Below, one piece after another: positions 52,759 through 64,000 of a stretch of 64,000 nucleotides of DNA. The DNA is from Catajapyx aquilonaris (lineage: Eukaryota). Within the stretch, counting starts at the first letter, position 1; each line of letters begins with the position of its first letter. Location of the stretch: contig JYFJ02000928.1 of NCBI GenBank assembly GCA_000934665.2, positions 1 through 64,000 of the forward strand. Direction: 5' to 3'. A program made the position numbers and the translations under genes. A model generated the notes under the pieces. That model searched no databases. It worked only from the letters and a program-made list of their open reading frames with translations, and was not told where the DNA came from.

Positions 52759-55700
52759 TGGCGAGATGTATTTTTAATTTTAATCAACGTCTGTGAAAAT
52801 ATTAATTTTCCCCTTCAGCGTTAAAGCAAATGTATATGCAAGCACACTCACACTTTATATAATGCAGAAGAATTTCGTGCTGGCAGAATGATTCATATGT
52901 ATAATTATTATAATGCTATAAAAATATATGCCAATGATGAGATATTAACTGACCAGTATGCAACTCTCGCAATTACTATGAGTGGGTTTGCACTTTTTAT
53001 TCTCGGCACATTGCATCTTGTGTGTTTGCCGGATTCAACTCCATAGTATCCAGTATCCATAGTATGCTCAGTGAAGTTAAATTATGATGAAATAATTATT
53101 GTAGATGTAAGACGAATCGACGGATCGAGGTAACATTGGAAAGTAAGTATTCAAATAAGTGCAGCAGGAGTAAAAATCCACTGAAATTGAGTCGAAAATT
53201 ATTGGGAAATTTTAAAGAGAAAGAGCATGATCCAGTAAACGATGTAGTCGGATTACATTTTGCCTGAAGGGAATCAGCTTATTGGCGTAATTACTGTATT
53301 TGGGGATACTCTAACAAAATCATAAATACTAAATATAGGTATGTACTACTCTGTGACATATACTGTCAGAGAGGATGTTAGCATGGAATGATTGTGGCCA
53401 TAGGTTACAGCCAAGTTTCAGATACTACAGTATTTGCTTCTAAATATTCCACTAAGAGGGTGATACTCGGGGGCATATTATACTACAGTAAACAGGGCGT
53501 TTTGTAATAATACATATTATACAATAATTCTGGGATGAACTCATATGGACCAGAGGATCACTTCAAGTAGAAGTGTCATGAGGTCTTTGCAGCCTCGTTA
53601 CAGAGATAATGACGTGCAAACATGAAACACGAAACATAAAAATAATATCCTGATAGGTATGCCTCACTCCAAACGATCTCGTCTTTTTCTTGTGTTTTAG
53701 GTGCTACGGTGCAATTTCAATTTAAACTGTAATCTCATGAGATTCGGTAGGCAGTGGGCGAATCAATGGAAAGTGTCCCAGGATGTATTGGCTGGATAGT
53801 AGATGGTACAATGCACGCTTTGATTAAGATCGATTATCTCAGTAACGAAGCTTCGGAGTCTAAACGTCACCTGTAAAAAAGTAATCATTTGGCGCCCAGA
53901 AGTTCACTCCTGAACGTTGTCGGTGATTATTAGGAAACATTTTGTATACTTCACAGTATTCTGTACCAGTTATGCACTTTATAATCAAAAGGTATTTCTT
54001 TACTCAGAAAAATGACATATTATGCTATATTATCATTTGTTTTTAGATTAAGTAGTTTGTTAATTGCAAAGTACAACATTAAATTGTCGCAAAACATGCG
54101 CTAATTACGGAATCGTGTATGAAATAAACACTGCATATCATGAATTAAGTGACCCAGTAAGGCAAGAGACGAAATCCGGACAGTTATAAGAATTATGGGA
54201 AAGGAGGGGGAGTTGCATTATGAAATTGTTTTCAATCAAAGCCATTAGTTACTGATAGCCCACACTCGATATAAGCCTTAAAGGCCACACCCATGAAAAA
54301 GTGCACTCTTGTTCCATATATACGTTATGTATTACTATGTTTTGGACTTCTGCCCATGTTCTTTTGTATCATTCAATATTGTATTTCCTGAAAATATGCC
54401 TTGACACATTCATTGTTCATTCACAAACAAATTATTCTATAATTATGCTGAAAGACAAAATATGTTATGGCAGGACTGCACATGGTGTGCAGGTCCCTGA
54501 TACAATGACGTTATATCGGAGTTACAATACGGTATAATTAGCCTTAAAATCGCATATTTTGTTATTAGCGACTAAAATGAACTCGCCAATAATAATATGA
54601 ATGTATAGAGTGTTGTATTATGGGTCAGATATTATTGATCCACTCACAGGATATGGGAAAGAAAGTATGTCCGCAATATTATACTTGGCAGGTAGTACAT
54701 CCAATGTTGTTTCACCTTGTATATCAGGGGCATAAAAATAGGACATGTGATTATACGGACCGATTATGAGTATTATGTCGGCACATGAATTTCGATCCTA
54801 AAGCCATTCAGGCCAAAATAATTAGAGAGCACCATTATAGCTGAGCGTCCATTTGAACAAATAATAATGAAAGAAAACCCTAACCTGCACAACACAAAAA
54901 CGCGGCTGCCCTGCATTCAATGAATTCCCAGCACCACAATAATTCCGGAAGCAAACAATACAAATCCAGGCATATTTTTGCAAATGATTTCACAATGCCG
55001 GAAGATTTAGCTTGCTTTTGACACGAGCTCTTCGTCTGTCAACGGATTGAAAATTATGAGTCCTTCATAATATGCAACGGCGCTATATTTCCATGTCCAA
55101 ACGGGATGCATGGGTCACGCCAGGGCATAGAAATGGAGCACTAGCACAACTCGCAACACATTGTGAACCGAAATTTATTGATATCAAACCTGAAAAGAAA
55201 AACCTGACGGCCCAGTCACGAAGGTTGAGGATGCATGGCACAAGTGATCCAATAACACAAGAACCTCGCAACATGCACAAGGAGTATAAGGAAAAAAAGC
55301 ACTAATGAAAGAGGATTGTAATGTACCGTGCAGATTTTCCCCCTCGAAGTGTACACAATACCATCCTCCTTTCCTGTCAAATAAAAAAAGCGAGGTACAT
55401 CGTAGTAACTTCTTTCACGGATGGGGAAAAATAAAAATTGCCTCCTCTCGTCTTTGTTATCTTTCCCTTTGGAATAAGAAGAAAGGAACGTCTACGAGAA
55501 AAGCGGCCCAAAGAGAAAAATAAATATTTGTCAGTGTTGGTCTTTGTGGCGAATGAAGGGAGACATTCCCTCGAGTCCGAAGAGTGGAGAGAGTCGAGTG
55601 ACACCACAATCTCTTCCACTATTCTCCATAATATGCGGAAGCGTTACTCGCTTGACCCGGCCACTTTATTACAACCGAGCTTTTTGTACAGAAATGGAGC

Positions 55701-56454
55701 AGATAAATTTTGGCGCATCACTTTTTTTGGAGGGGCACATTAATGTGAAATTAGCAAGAAGAAAGCTGGGGTTTAACTGGCTGTTTAATTACAGTTTCAT
55801 TTTGCTTTTGGGTTGGGCTCGAATTGGTCTCGGGGTTGGCGAAAGCCAAGAAATACAACGCGGAATTGCAATTTAAGCTACGACGCTTAATTAGCAGTGA
55901 TTTCTACAAATTCAGGGACTATGTGTTTTGTTGAGCCAAGAAATAGGGTTAATCCAGAAATTGAGGCTTTTTAATTGTTCGGGGAAAGTCAAACTTGGAC
56001 TCTAATCATGCACTACCCTGTTCATTTTGCAGTATATGCCTGGTAGTGTCCAGGGATATTGAAATTGCTAGCAGGCGGTTTGCAATTCAAAGTGGGAGCC
56101 AAACCAAACCATTCGCTTAACAATGCAGTAAAAATATATCAAACACTAGTAACCTGAATTTGAGCAAGATACTTTTTGCAGCGTGTTGTTCTTTCCTTCC
56201 TCTTTGTATCCGGGGGGCGCTTGTATCCCCCAGGGGTCATTCTCTTTCACGGTCCGGAAATCCGGAGGGCGAATCCTCGTCAAGGTAAAGTTTACGATTC
56301 CTGTGAGACCTGTTGCCTTTCCCACTCTTGCGTGATTGTGATCGTGATCGCGATGACGGACTCAAGCTTCTTCCTGAATATTTGTGACGGGCCTTCCTGC
56401 ATCGGCTATAGCCTGCACCCTCTGCTGTTCTTCCCAAGTTCGCGGTTGTGAAGC

Positions 56455-56747
56455 TACTCTCTAAAAAAATAAGAGTTAAATTAACTCTTTTAAACCTTGA
56501 AAGTGGTCATTACCAAAAATGAGTTATAATAACTCTTTGCTGGAGTTAAAACAACTCTTTTAGTTCATTTCATCCTCCGAAAGAGTGAATGAATAACTAT
56601 TTCGGAGGATGAAATGAACTAAAAGAGTTGTTTTAACTCCAGCGAAAGAGTTATTATAACTCATTTTTGGTAATGACCACTTTCAAGGTTTAAAATAGTT
56701 AATTTAACTCTTATTGAGTTTTTTTAACTCTATTTTTTTAGAGAGTA
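56455..56747. mobile_element. Foldback MITE (~290 bp) with AGAGTT/AACTCT subterminal repeats, possibly CMC/EnSpm-type
   Basis: TACTCTCTAAAAAAA...TTTTTTTAGAGAGTA ends and near-perfect arms of about 130 bp around a loop at ~56590. The right arm has one extra GAGTT...AACTCT unit. The superfamily call is tentative. Confidence 0.88.
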
Positions 56748-58850
56748 CGTATATCAGGTTATTATTGTGCTGTACTGGATATATTAAGAGGGCCCTTTGT
56801 AAACTGCTGTAATATAATAATATTATAGCAGGTATGAGATCAAAGCCCGGTGGATGTGTTTACCGTTTACATAATAAAGTAGATGTACTTATACGTCTGA
56901 AGATAACCCATTTCGAGAATATTAATTTTTATTGCAGTCATGCCTCGTAGCTGGATATGAGCCTCACAATGGCTTGACTGATAAAAGCCCAATTTCTAAT
57001 ATCCTTATGCACTACAACATTACAGCATATTGAAACTGGTGAAAATGTGCATAATCAAGGTGCACTAGTGTTTTGCAATAACACAATATGAGGAGCACTT
57101 TCAGCTCTAACGACCTGAAATACAGAACCCGAGCAAATATTGAGCTGGTCATATGCTGCAATTTTGTCCTCGATGGTGTGAGATCTGAATTCCCTATAGG
57201 TCAACTCTCATGTCCCTGTAGAGCCACTCACAAGTTAGGTTCGGGGTGGAATAATACAAACCTGTTTATTAAACTAGCCTCATTACCGGCTGTATCACGA
57301 CTGATTATACACCTCCAAGATCCGACACCCCCTGTATCCCACCATTTCTTAGAAAAACTATCCAACTCACAACTAGAGGATGCAGGTGTATTTTGTGCTA
57401 GAACAATTTATAGCTTTTTTGACAAAAATATTACCTCATATTTGTTAATGCAATCTAAAAAATCGAAAATCTCGAAGTTGGTCCAATATGACTCCGTTCT
57501 ACATTTCAGCTCTTTACAGGCAAGGAGCCAGATGAATCACTCATAATTACACATCAGTTCCAACATTTGCATTACGTTCTACTGCTAAAATAATGCGAAA
57601 ATTTGTGGTCAATATCAAGTCTTTGAGGTTCGATAAGGAACACGGTGTAAACGCTCTCGACAACTTCCGGATTATAAATACCAGCCCATTTTGAAGGCCC
57701 GACTCAGTACACTGCACCAACCTCATCAAACTGCCACTAGGTGTGAGCGATGCATTTGTGCTCCAAGGTAATTGGTTTTATCTGATTAAATTTGAGACGG
57801 GAGTGGTCTATCGGTCATTCGGTGAGTCATTCATTCTCTATCGGATTTCGATGAGAATGGGTCTAATTGGAGAGGGGAGAGGGGTGTAGGGAGGAAGGGA
57901 GAGAGGGGACCTGACTTGACGATCTGAACTCTCGATGGCGTAGATGCAAAGAAGATTGTAAATCGCCCACTAAGTTTCTCACGGATATATCAAATTGCTA
58001 ATTATAGGAAAATTAGATTCATATCTATGGAGCTTTTTGCGTCACAAAGAGGCCACTTCTTTCGTGTGAGGCAAATTTGGGGAAGATGTTAGCAAGAAAG
58101 GTAAGTAATCTGTATGGATCTTATTTTGCTAGATATTTGGTGCAAATGGTGCTACTAGAAATGTGTGTGAAAGCCAGAAAATGCTGCATATTTGCAATTT
58201 TTCCTTATTTAAAATGACCACCGAAGGCTGTAAAAACCGTAAATGGTATTGGTAAATGATTTTTTTTGGTGTCACTTGTTGTAATATAAAACTGGCATTT
58301 AATGAATCTGATGATTTTGCACCACGGCTGTAAAAATTATTATTTTATTATTCGCATGAGACTTTAAAAAGAACTCAAATCCGGTAGCCGAACATCCCAG
58401 CACAACTGACAAATGAGGGACATTCTTCGTTTTACGTGCGAGAATTTCAAGTGGGCATATCCAGTCCGTTCAGGTGTTCAATTACAATGTGATGTAATTT
58501 TATGAAAATATTATGTCACCTTTTTATTACAGAAAGAAAGTCACCTCTAAGAGAACTAATCAAGTTTCTAGAAAAATAGCGAAATTTGGTGGCACCATGG
58601 TGCTCCAAACATGAATTGAGAAAATTGAGTTTTCAGCATGAGTGTGAACATATCCTGACCGCTTTGGAAAATCTCCACTGGCAAACACCAAGAAGTAACA
58701 TTTAGTGACAACAAAATCCAGCCTGCTCTTGAGGGAGAAAGGGGAGAAAATTGGTCTTTGGGAAGCAAAAGGCAGGATTCCTCCAGAATCTTTGTTCTTG
58801 GAAACGGAGGCCTGGTCTTGCTCTTTTATCTTCTTGCATCCCTTGTTTTT

Positions 58851-58879
58851 TTTCTTCTTCTTCTTTTTCTTCTTCTTCT
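58851..58879. repeat. Imperfect (TTC)n microsatellite
   Basis: Direct read. Confidence 0.75.
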
Positions 58880-61800
58880 ATGCCCCCTCCCCCCACCCCC
58901 CTGGTCTAACCTTCGCCGTTTTCTAGATGGAGTCGAGAACTAGCGCGAAATGGCGCTTCTCAGGTTACTCAATTTAACCCTTCTTCCTACACATCCCCCT
59001 CTTTTCTTACAGTTTGGCCCATTGTGTGCAAGCGTTGCTCTCTTTATCAGACCCCCCCTTTTTTCCTTGTACGAGGCGGGTGCCGTTTCTTTTTTTCTTT
59101 TCTTTAGAAAAAGGGTGGATTACTTCTCCAGTGCCCTTAGGCCATGGCGGCTTCCTTTTCTGCCGATTGCATTTCCTAATTCCAGTGTGCAGAGCACGGG
59201 TACGCAGCGTCTCGAGGGGTTTCCATTCGGCGTTATGGTTTCCAGGCAATTCTAAAAAAATATGAGGAGTGGAGTTACCGGGTTTTCAGACTAGAAATCG
59301 ATTTATTGGAGGTAGTTGCCTTTGTAGGTTCTCTGTCTTCGCTTTATTATTTTGTTTCTACTGCAGCGGTCTTTTCTTAGATTACACTGGATTCAAAAAT
59401 GGAGATATGAAATGTTCATAGCATATTTGATGTTGATGCATCCTTTAGTGACTGAAGAAGTTACAATGAGTCATGTTGGAGAGAATAGGTTGTCCCCTGT
59501 CATGTTTCATGCAAGAGTATACCAGTATAGCCCGTTAAGCCTTACAAGTCCGCTCCTACCCATCATCTTATTTTAATACCACTCCCTACCTAAACTATAG
59601 ATACGTACATACGTTAGGGCGAGAGAGTTCTGCAAAGACACGGAGTTTTCCTGCTTTGCATATAATAATTCCGAAATAGACTTACCTCGAGTCTAATGAA
59701 TTATTGCATGACAACTCGATGTCTTTTCTAGCCTGTTATCGCTCTATGTCATCGTGGTTGGGTGTTAACGAAATGAGAAGGAAAAGGTCTTGTTCATTTA
59801 CATCAATATAGAGATTGTAACGACATAAATGGTGTGTTCCGGGAATTACTACTGTGCACGCAGGCCTCGGGACTACACCGGAATACAGGTCCACACTTCA
59901 CGGTCATGATGTTTTGATATTTGACTTGTAGTGAAGCTATTGTAATGCATATTTGTAAAAAAACAAAACAAAGGCCATTATTTTTAATATTATGGGAAAA
60001 TTTCAGATATGCAGGGCCTATCGATAAAAAGACCGATGAGATGATTTTGAAACTAAGCAAAATTCAAAATCGTCTCAATATTTTTGTTGGATATAGTGCA
60101 TTTAACAAAACCTACATAAAATATATATACAGTATTACTCAAAGTGCTTTATCAATATCCCATACACAGCATCACATAGGGGATTGTGCACTGAAAATCT
60201 CGAATAAATTATGTAGTAAACACGTCACGCTTGCAGTTTTGTTTATGACATGCATATGGTAGTTAATGCAGTAGTTCCTGAACAGTTTAGTTATAACTCC
60301 ACTTATAATCATCACGTTAAAACAATATGGCCAATCGTGACAGCTGTCATTTATGGAAATAATTTAAATACAGATGACTGATTAATTCACTCCTGCCACA
60401 TTTTTTTGGTGCCACCTGATTTTTTTGTCCCCACAAACGTTGGTGCAAAGGATAAACCCAAATATTTCATTTAACAGCCAGCGGGCGGTTTATGTGAATA
60501 ATTAAACACACTACACCAAGTGCGTGATTATTTAAAACACTGTATTTAATCGGATGTCGACTAAAATATCCAACCGTTTTAATTATTTCGGGCTTGAAAA
60601 ATTCAACATCCCTTCATGCAGGGCAACAAATTGTACCAGCCATTGGGTTACCCTCGATTATAGGCACCACATGATTTACTCCGGAGTTACCCCGTGTCAT
60701 TGAGGGTGTCATTTATATTTTCTATATTTTTCTTCACTTTTGCCACCAAATAACAGTAATGATGGATGAGTTTTCTCACCCAAGGCGCTTGGTATTGTTC
60801 CAAGAGAGTATGATATTAGAAACTTTATTAATTTTAGGCGAGTCCCAAGGCTATCATCGTGTCGAAACTTCCGGAAAGACTAATTAAAACACTTTTGGGG
60901 ATATACAGAGGCGTGTGAAGGAGATGAAAAAATACGTCAGTGTAGTCAGGTATTTTGGGAACGGGCTTGAGGGGTCTCGCGAAACATTAGAGAAACGTTT
61001 CGCTGGAAAAACACCGGGACAAACTTTGCCGGGGAGCTTTTATTATAATCAGGTATTAGCACTGCTTCGCTCTCAATTGAGCTGTGAAAATGCAATTAGA
61101 AAGTGGAGGAATAGGGTTGCACTCCTGACAAATTCGAACTTTCGTGCAACTTTTATCGCACCATTTAAAGCTACAGGAACTGAAAAAAATATGTAAATAC
61201 TAAATACTCGGAGCAGTAAGGATTAGTATCTGTGAGATTACATTAAATATTTGAAAGCTGCTTCACCGTGGTTTAGATTTTAAGTGACACTTACGGAAGA
61301 TATTTTTAGCAAAATTTACTGACTCGTTGCCCTAGATATCTAAATAATTGCACCTAATCTTATGTCCTTTACTTCCCAAGTGGTCCACTGCATCATGCAT
61401 AACAGACCATGAAACGGGGCTAGCCTCGTATCGCTCTGCATTTTTGAGTTAATGGCTGGACCCGTCAAACACTTCCACATTATGGATATTACGTAACCAC
61501 CTCCCATTCCCATAAAGGTTAAGGTGCACATGCCGAACAATGTTAATCCGATGCGGTATACATGTGGACCTGTACACTGCCGCTTGTTATCGACTGAATG
61601 CAATTAAATCGTTTAGTAATCATTTAAGCTAATTGCGATCCTGTATTGACAATACACAAATAGATCATTTGTCAAATGCCTGTATATCGCATACAAGTGA
61701 AATCCACTAACAGTAAGAGAAACCACCCTGCAGCCTCCTTCATCATTTTAGTTACACAGATCCGAAACCTACCGCCAGTTTGAAAGTAAGCCCGACTACA

Positions 61801-64000
61801 GAAGTCGCCATTAATCAAGTTAGGAGGGGCTTTGACAACGTAACACATATTTTAAGTCCGCTCCAACAGGTGTTCCAACCCAACTAGTTATTTGACACTC
61901 CCTGCCATACATTTGTATATTTATACTCCTCCTAATTCAAACAGAACTCTCTTCCTCCCAAATCCTGGTTCTCAAGCATCGATTTTTCCCCCTCTTCATT
62001 CTAGTGCAATAGTTGCGTGCGGCAAGTTGCCTTTAAGATCAATCCTGGAGATTTTTCCTACGCAATTACATGAGCTTTTGGGAGAGCTCTGATACAATCC
62101 TCTCCCCCAACTCCCGAGCCGAAATCCAGTACCTAGAAAGAAATCTTAGGAGCGAGGGGGGTAGTAAGATTACTGTGAGTAAATCCTCATAGGCCAAATT
62201 TTCTTCAGCACTGGAAGAAAACCGTCAGCCGGAATAAAATATGAGCCATTTCTACCCTTCATGTAAATGCCTCGAAATCATCATTCCCGTTCAGCTGAGG
62301 GAGCTTTTGGCTTCCTTCTGAATACAGTCCTGATTGATTACTGGTCCTGCTGAGTGCGTCTTAGCGGGGTTGCCGAAAATCTGTCCCCAGTACACACATG
62401 TTTCCAATGGTATGACGACAGGGGTGTAATATAATATTAACCCTGCTGGCGAAACGGGTCATTGTGGGAGCTTGAATATCGTGGCATGCCGGCGATTGGT
62501 GCCGGTGAATTATGACCGTAGCCTCGCCCGCTTTGATTGAAGGTACAAAAGCGAGGTGAACAATAAAACTGTCGGGATTTATGGCGACTTAATTATTGAG
62601 TGCCAGGTTATATTGAACCCGGGCTTGATGAGGGCTGGGGGCCTCTCGTTTGCTGCATTAAATTGTTGTGAAAAATGTACTGATTTTTTTTCTGGGCGTG
62701 TGCACTTGGGCTATATTTTCAGAGTCATAAGAGAGACTCATCCTGCACGTACAACGGGTCCAAAAGTAGGCCATGGGAGTGGTGACTGTCTACGTGTCAG
62801 GATAATAAAAGAGCTATGCCGTAAATTATCCTGCGCCATAGTAACTATACCATAAAAAATTAACCATACGGGGAAGGACACTGTTGTTAGAGATGACTAG
62901 GGCTTGAATTATTAAGTGTGTCTGCGCACCACTCAAATTTATTTTGTCTTCGAGAGAAGGTGGATTATGAGGGTATGTGATAAGGAGCAGACTCCATAAA
63001 TTAAATTAAGGTGTTTTTAAACGACTATAACCCATCAAAATGCCCAGACGTTCCGTAAATTACATCTACGTAACAGTGACCTAGACCCTCCTTCTCACCT
63101 CTCGTAAAAATCTTCCTTCAGTTAGTCAGTGACCCACCACGAAGCATTTCTTGCTAACAATGTAACGAACTGTGAGACAATTTCATTTGATAAATTCACC
63201 CGTAGATATCATACAATTCTTGTTATATCGCTTGATGAAGTCCATTTAGTCGATTTATGATGAGCCAGCAAGCCAAGATTTCCTACATTCACAAGCACGT
63301 AAACAAGTGCAAGGTCAAATCATTGCTTTGGATAATTTCGATTTTTTGTTTCACTTGGTGGCCTGCCCATAATATTTTGAATGGAATAGTTAAAAAGTTC
63401 CAGGGTCGTGGCTCCACCTAAAAGAATGTGTATAACCCAGACCCAAATCCCATTTCCTCCAACTAGCTCTAGTCACCGTATCTTAGTTGACCCTTAGTAA
63501 GAGAAGCACATAATTTATGGAAGGCCTCTAAGTAGGGCCTGCTTATTTTGGTAGAGTGGAGGGAATGATTCTGACTGGAAAACCGGGACTGTTAAAACCA
63601 AGGATATGGATGTCGTTTATGGAGATAAGTTAAGGACTGGCTTATCAGGCGCGTGCGTCCATCAGCTCTACCGGTGGCGTCCCGTATTAAGGAGGAGGGC
63701 TTCCGTAGGCAAATGGCGTTGAAACCGGAGGCCGAGCATCCTCCAACCCTAAAAGGATGCAGCTCCGCCCTTGATGAACGCCGTAAAACTGCGTCCTAAG
63801 CCGAGGTGCATTTTAACGAGGCTTCCTTATTCTCCTGGCGTGGAGCAGTTGAGGAAAAAATCGATGGTCCGCCATTAAAACGATGCTGGGGAAATTCCGT
63901 GGCAGATGAGTCTAATTATATAGAAAAGGCAATTTTGGGATCAGTTGGTTGTAGCTGCGAGACTGGAGGCGAACGAAGAAATATTTGGCATAGCGAGCAA

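Noticed and set aside
57088..57546. 152-aa ORF as a transposase or host exon
   Set aside because: No recognisable motif. It only contains a lone Tc1-like terminus (GACACCCCCTGTA at about 57324-57336) without a partner.
54..62855. Supplied six-frame ORFs (60-187 aa) as genes
   Set aside because: They are short, overlap on both strands and have low-complexity composition. I recognise no domain other than the mariner remnant in 25678-25986. Small spliced exons cannot be excluded without RNA-seq.

Overview
This window is eukaryotic non-coding DNA (roughly 40-45% GC by eye). The repeat families suggest an arthropod/insect genome, but that is an inference. It is probably intergenic or part of a very large intron. 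I found no convincing protein-coding exon, RNA gene, CRISPR array or prokaryotic operon, and the supplied ORFs look like chance ORFs. What can be supported is a set of non-autonomous transposons: (1) a 612-bp hAT-type MITE with an exact 8-bp TSD; (2) two loci of a mariner-derived foldback element in which BOTH arms are 5' ends carrying the transposase start; (3) four near-perfect hairpin MITEs and a pogo/Tigger-like MITE; (4) two TSD-flanked tRNA-derived SINEs with different bodies but a shared 3' stem-loop, plus older SINE remnants. TAGGCCTA and TACWGTA words appear over-represented and look like transposon excision footprints. A 70-bp duplication around a single N is an assembly artefact. 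I do not see a defensible new protein-based biological system; the most novel signals concern transposon architecture.
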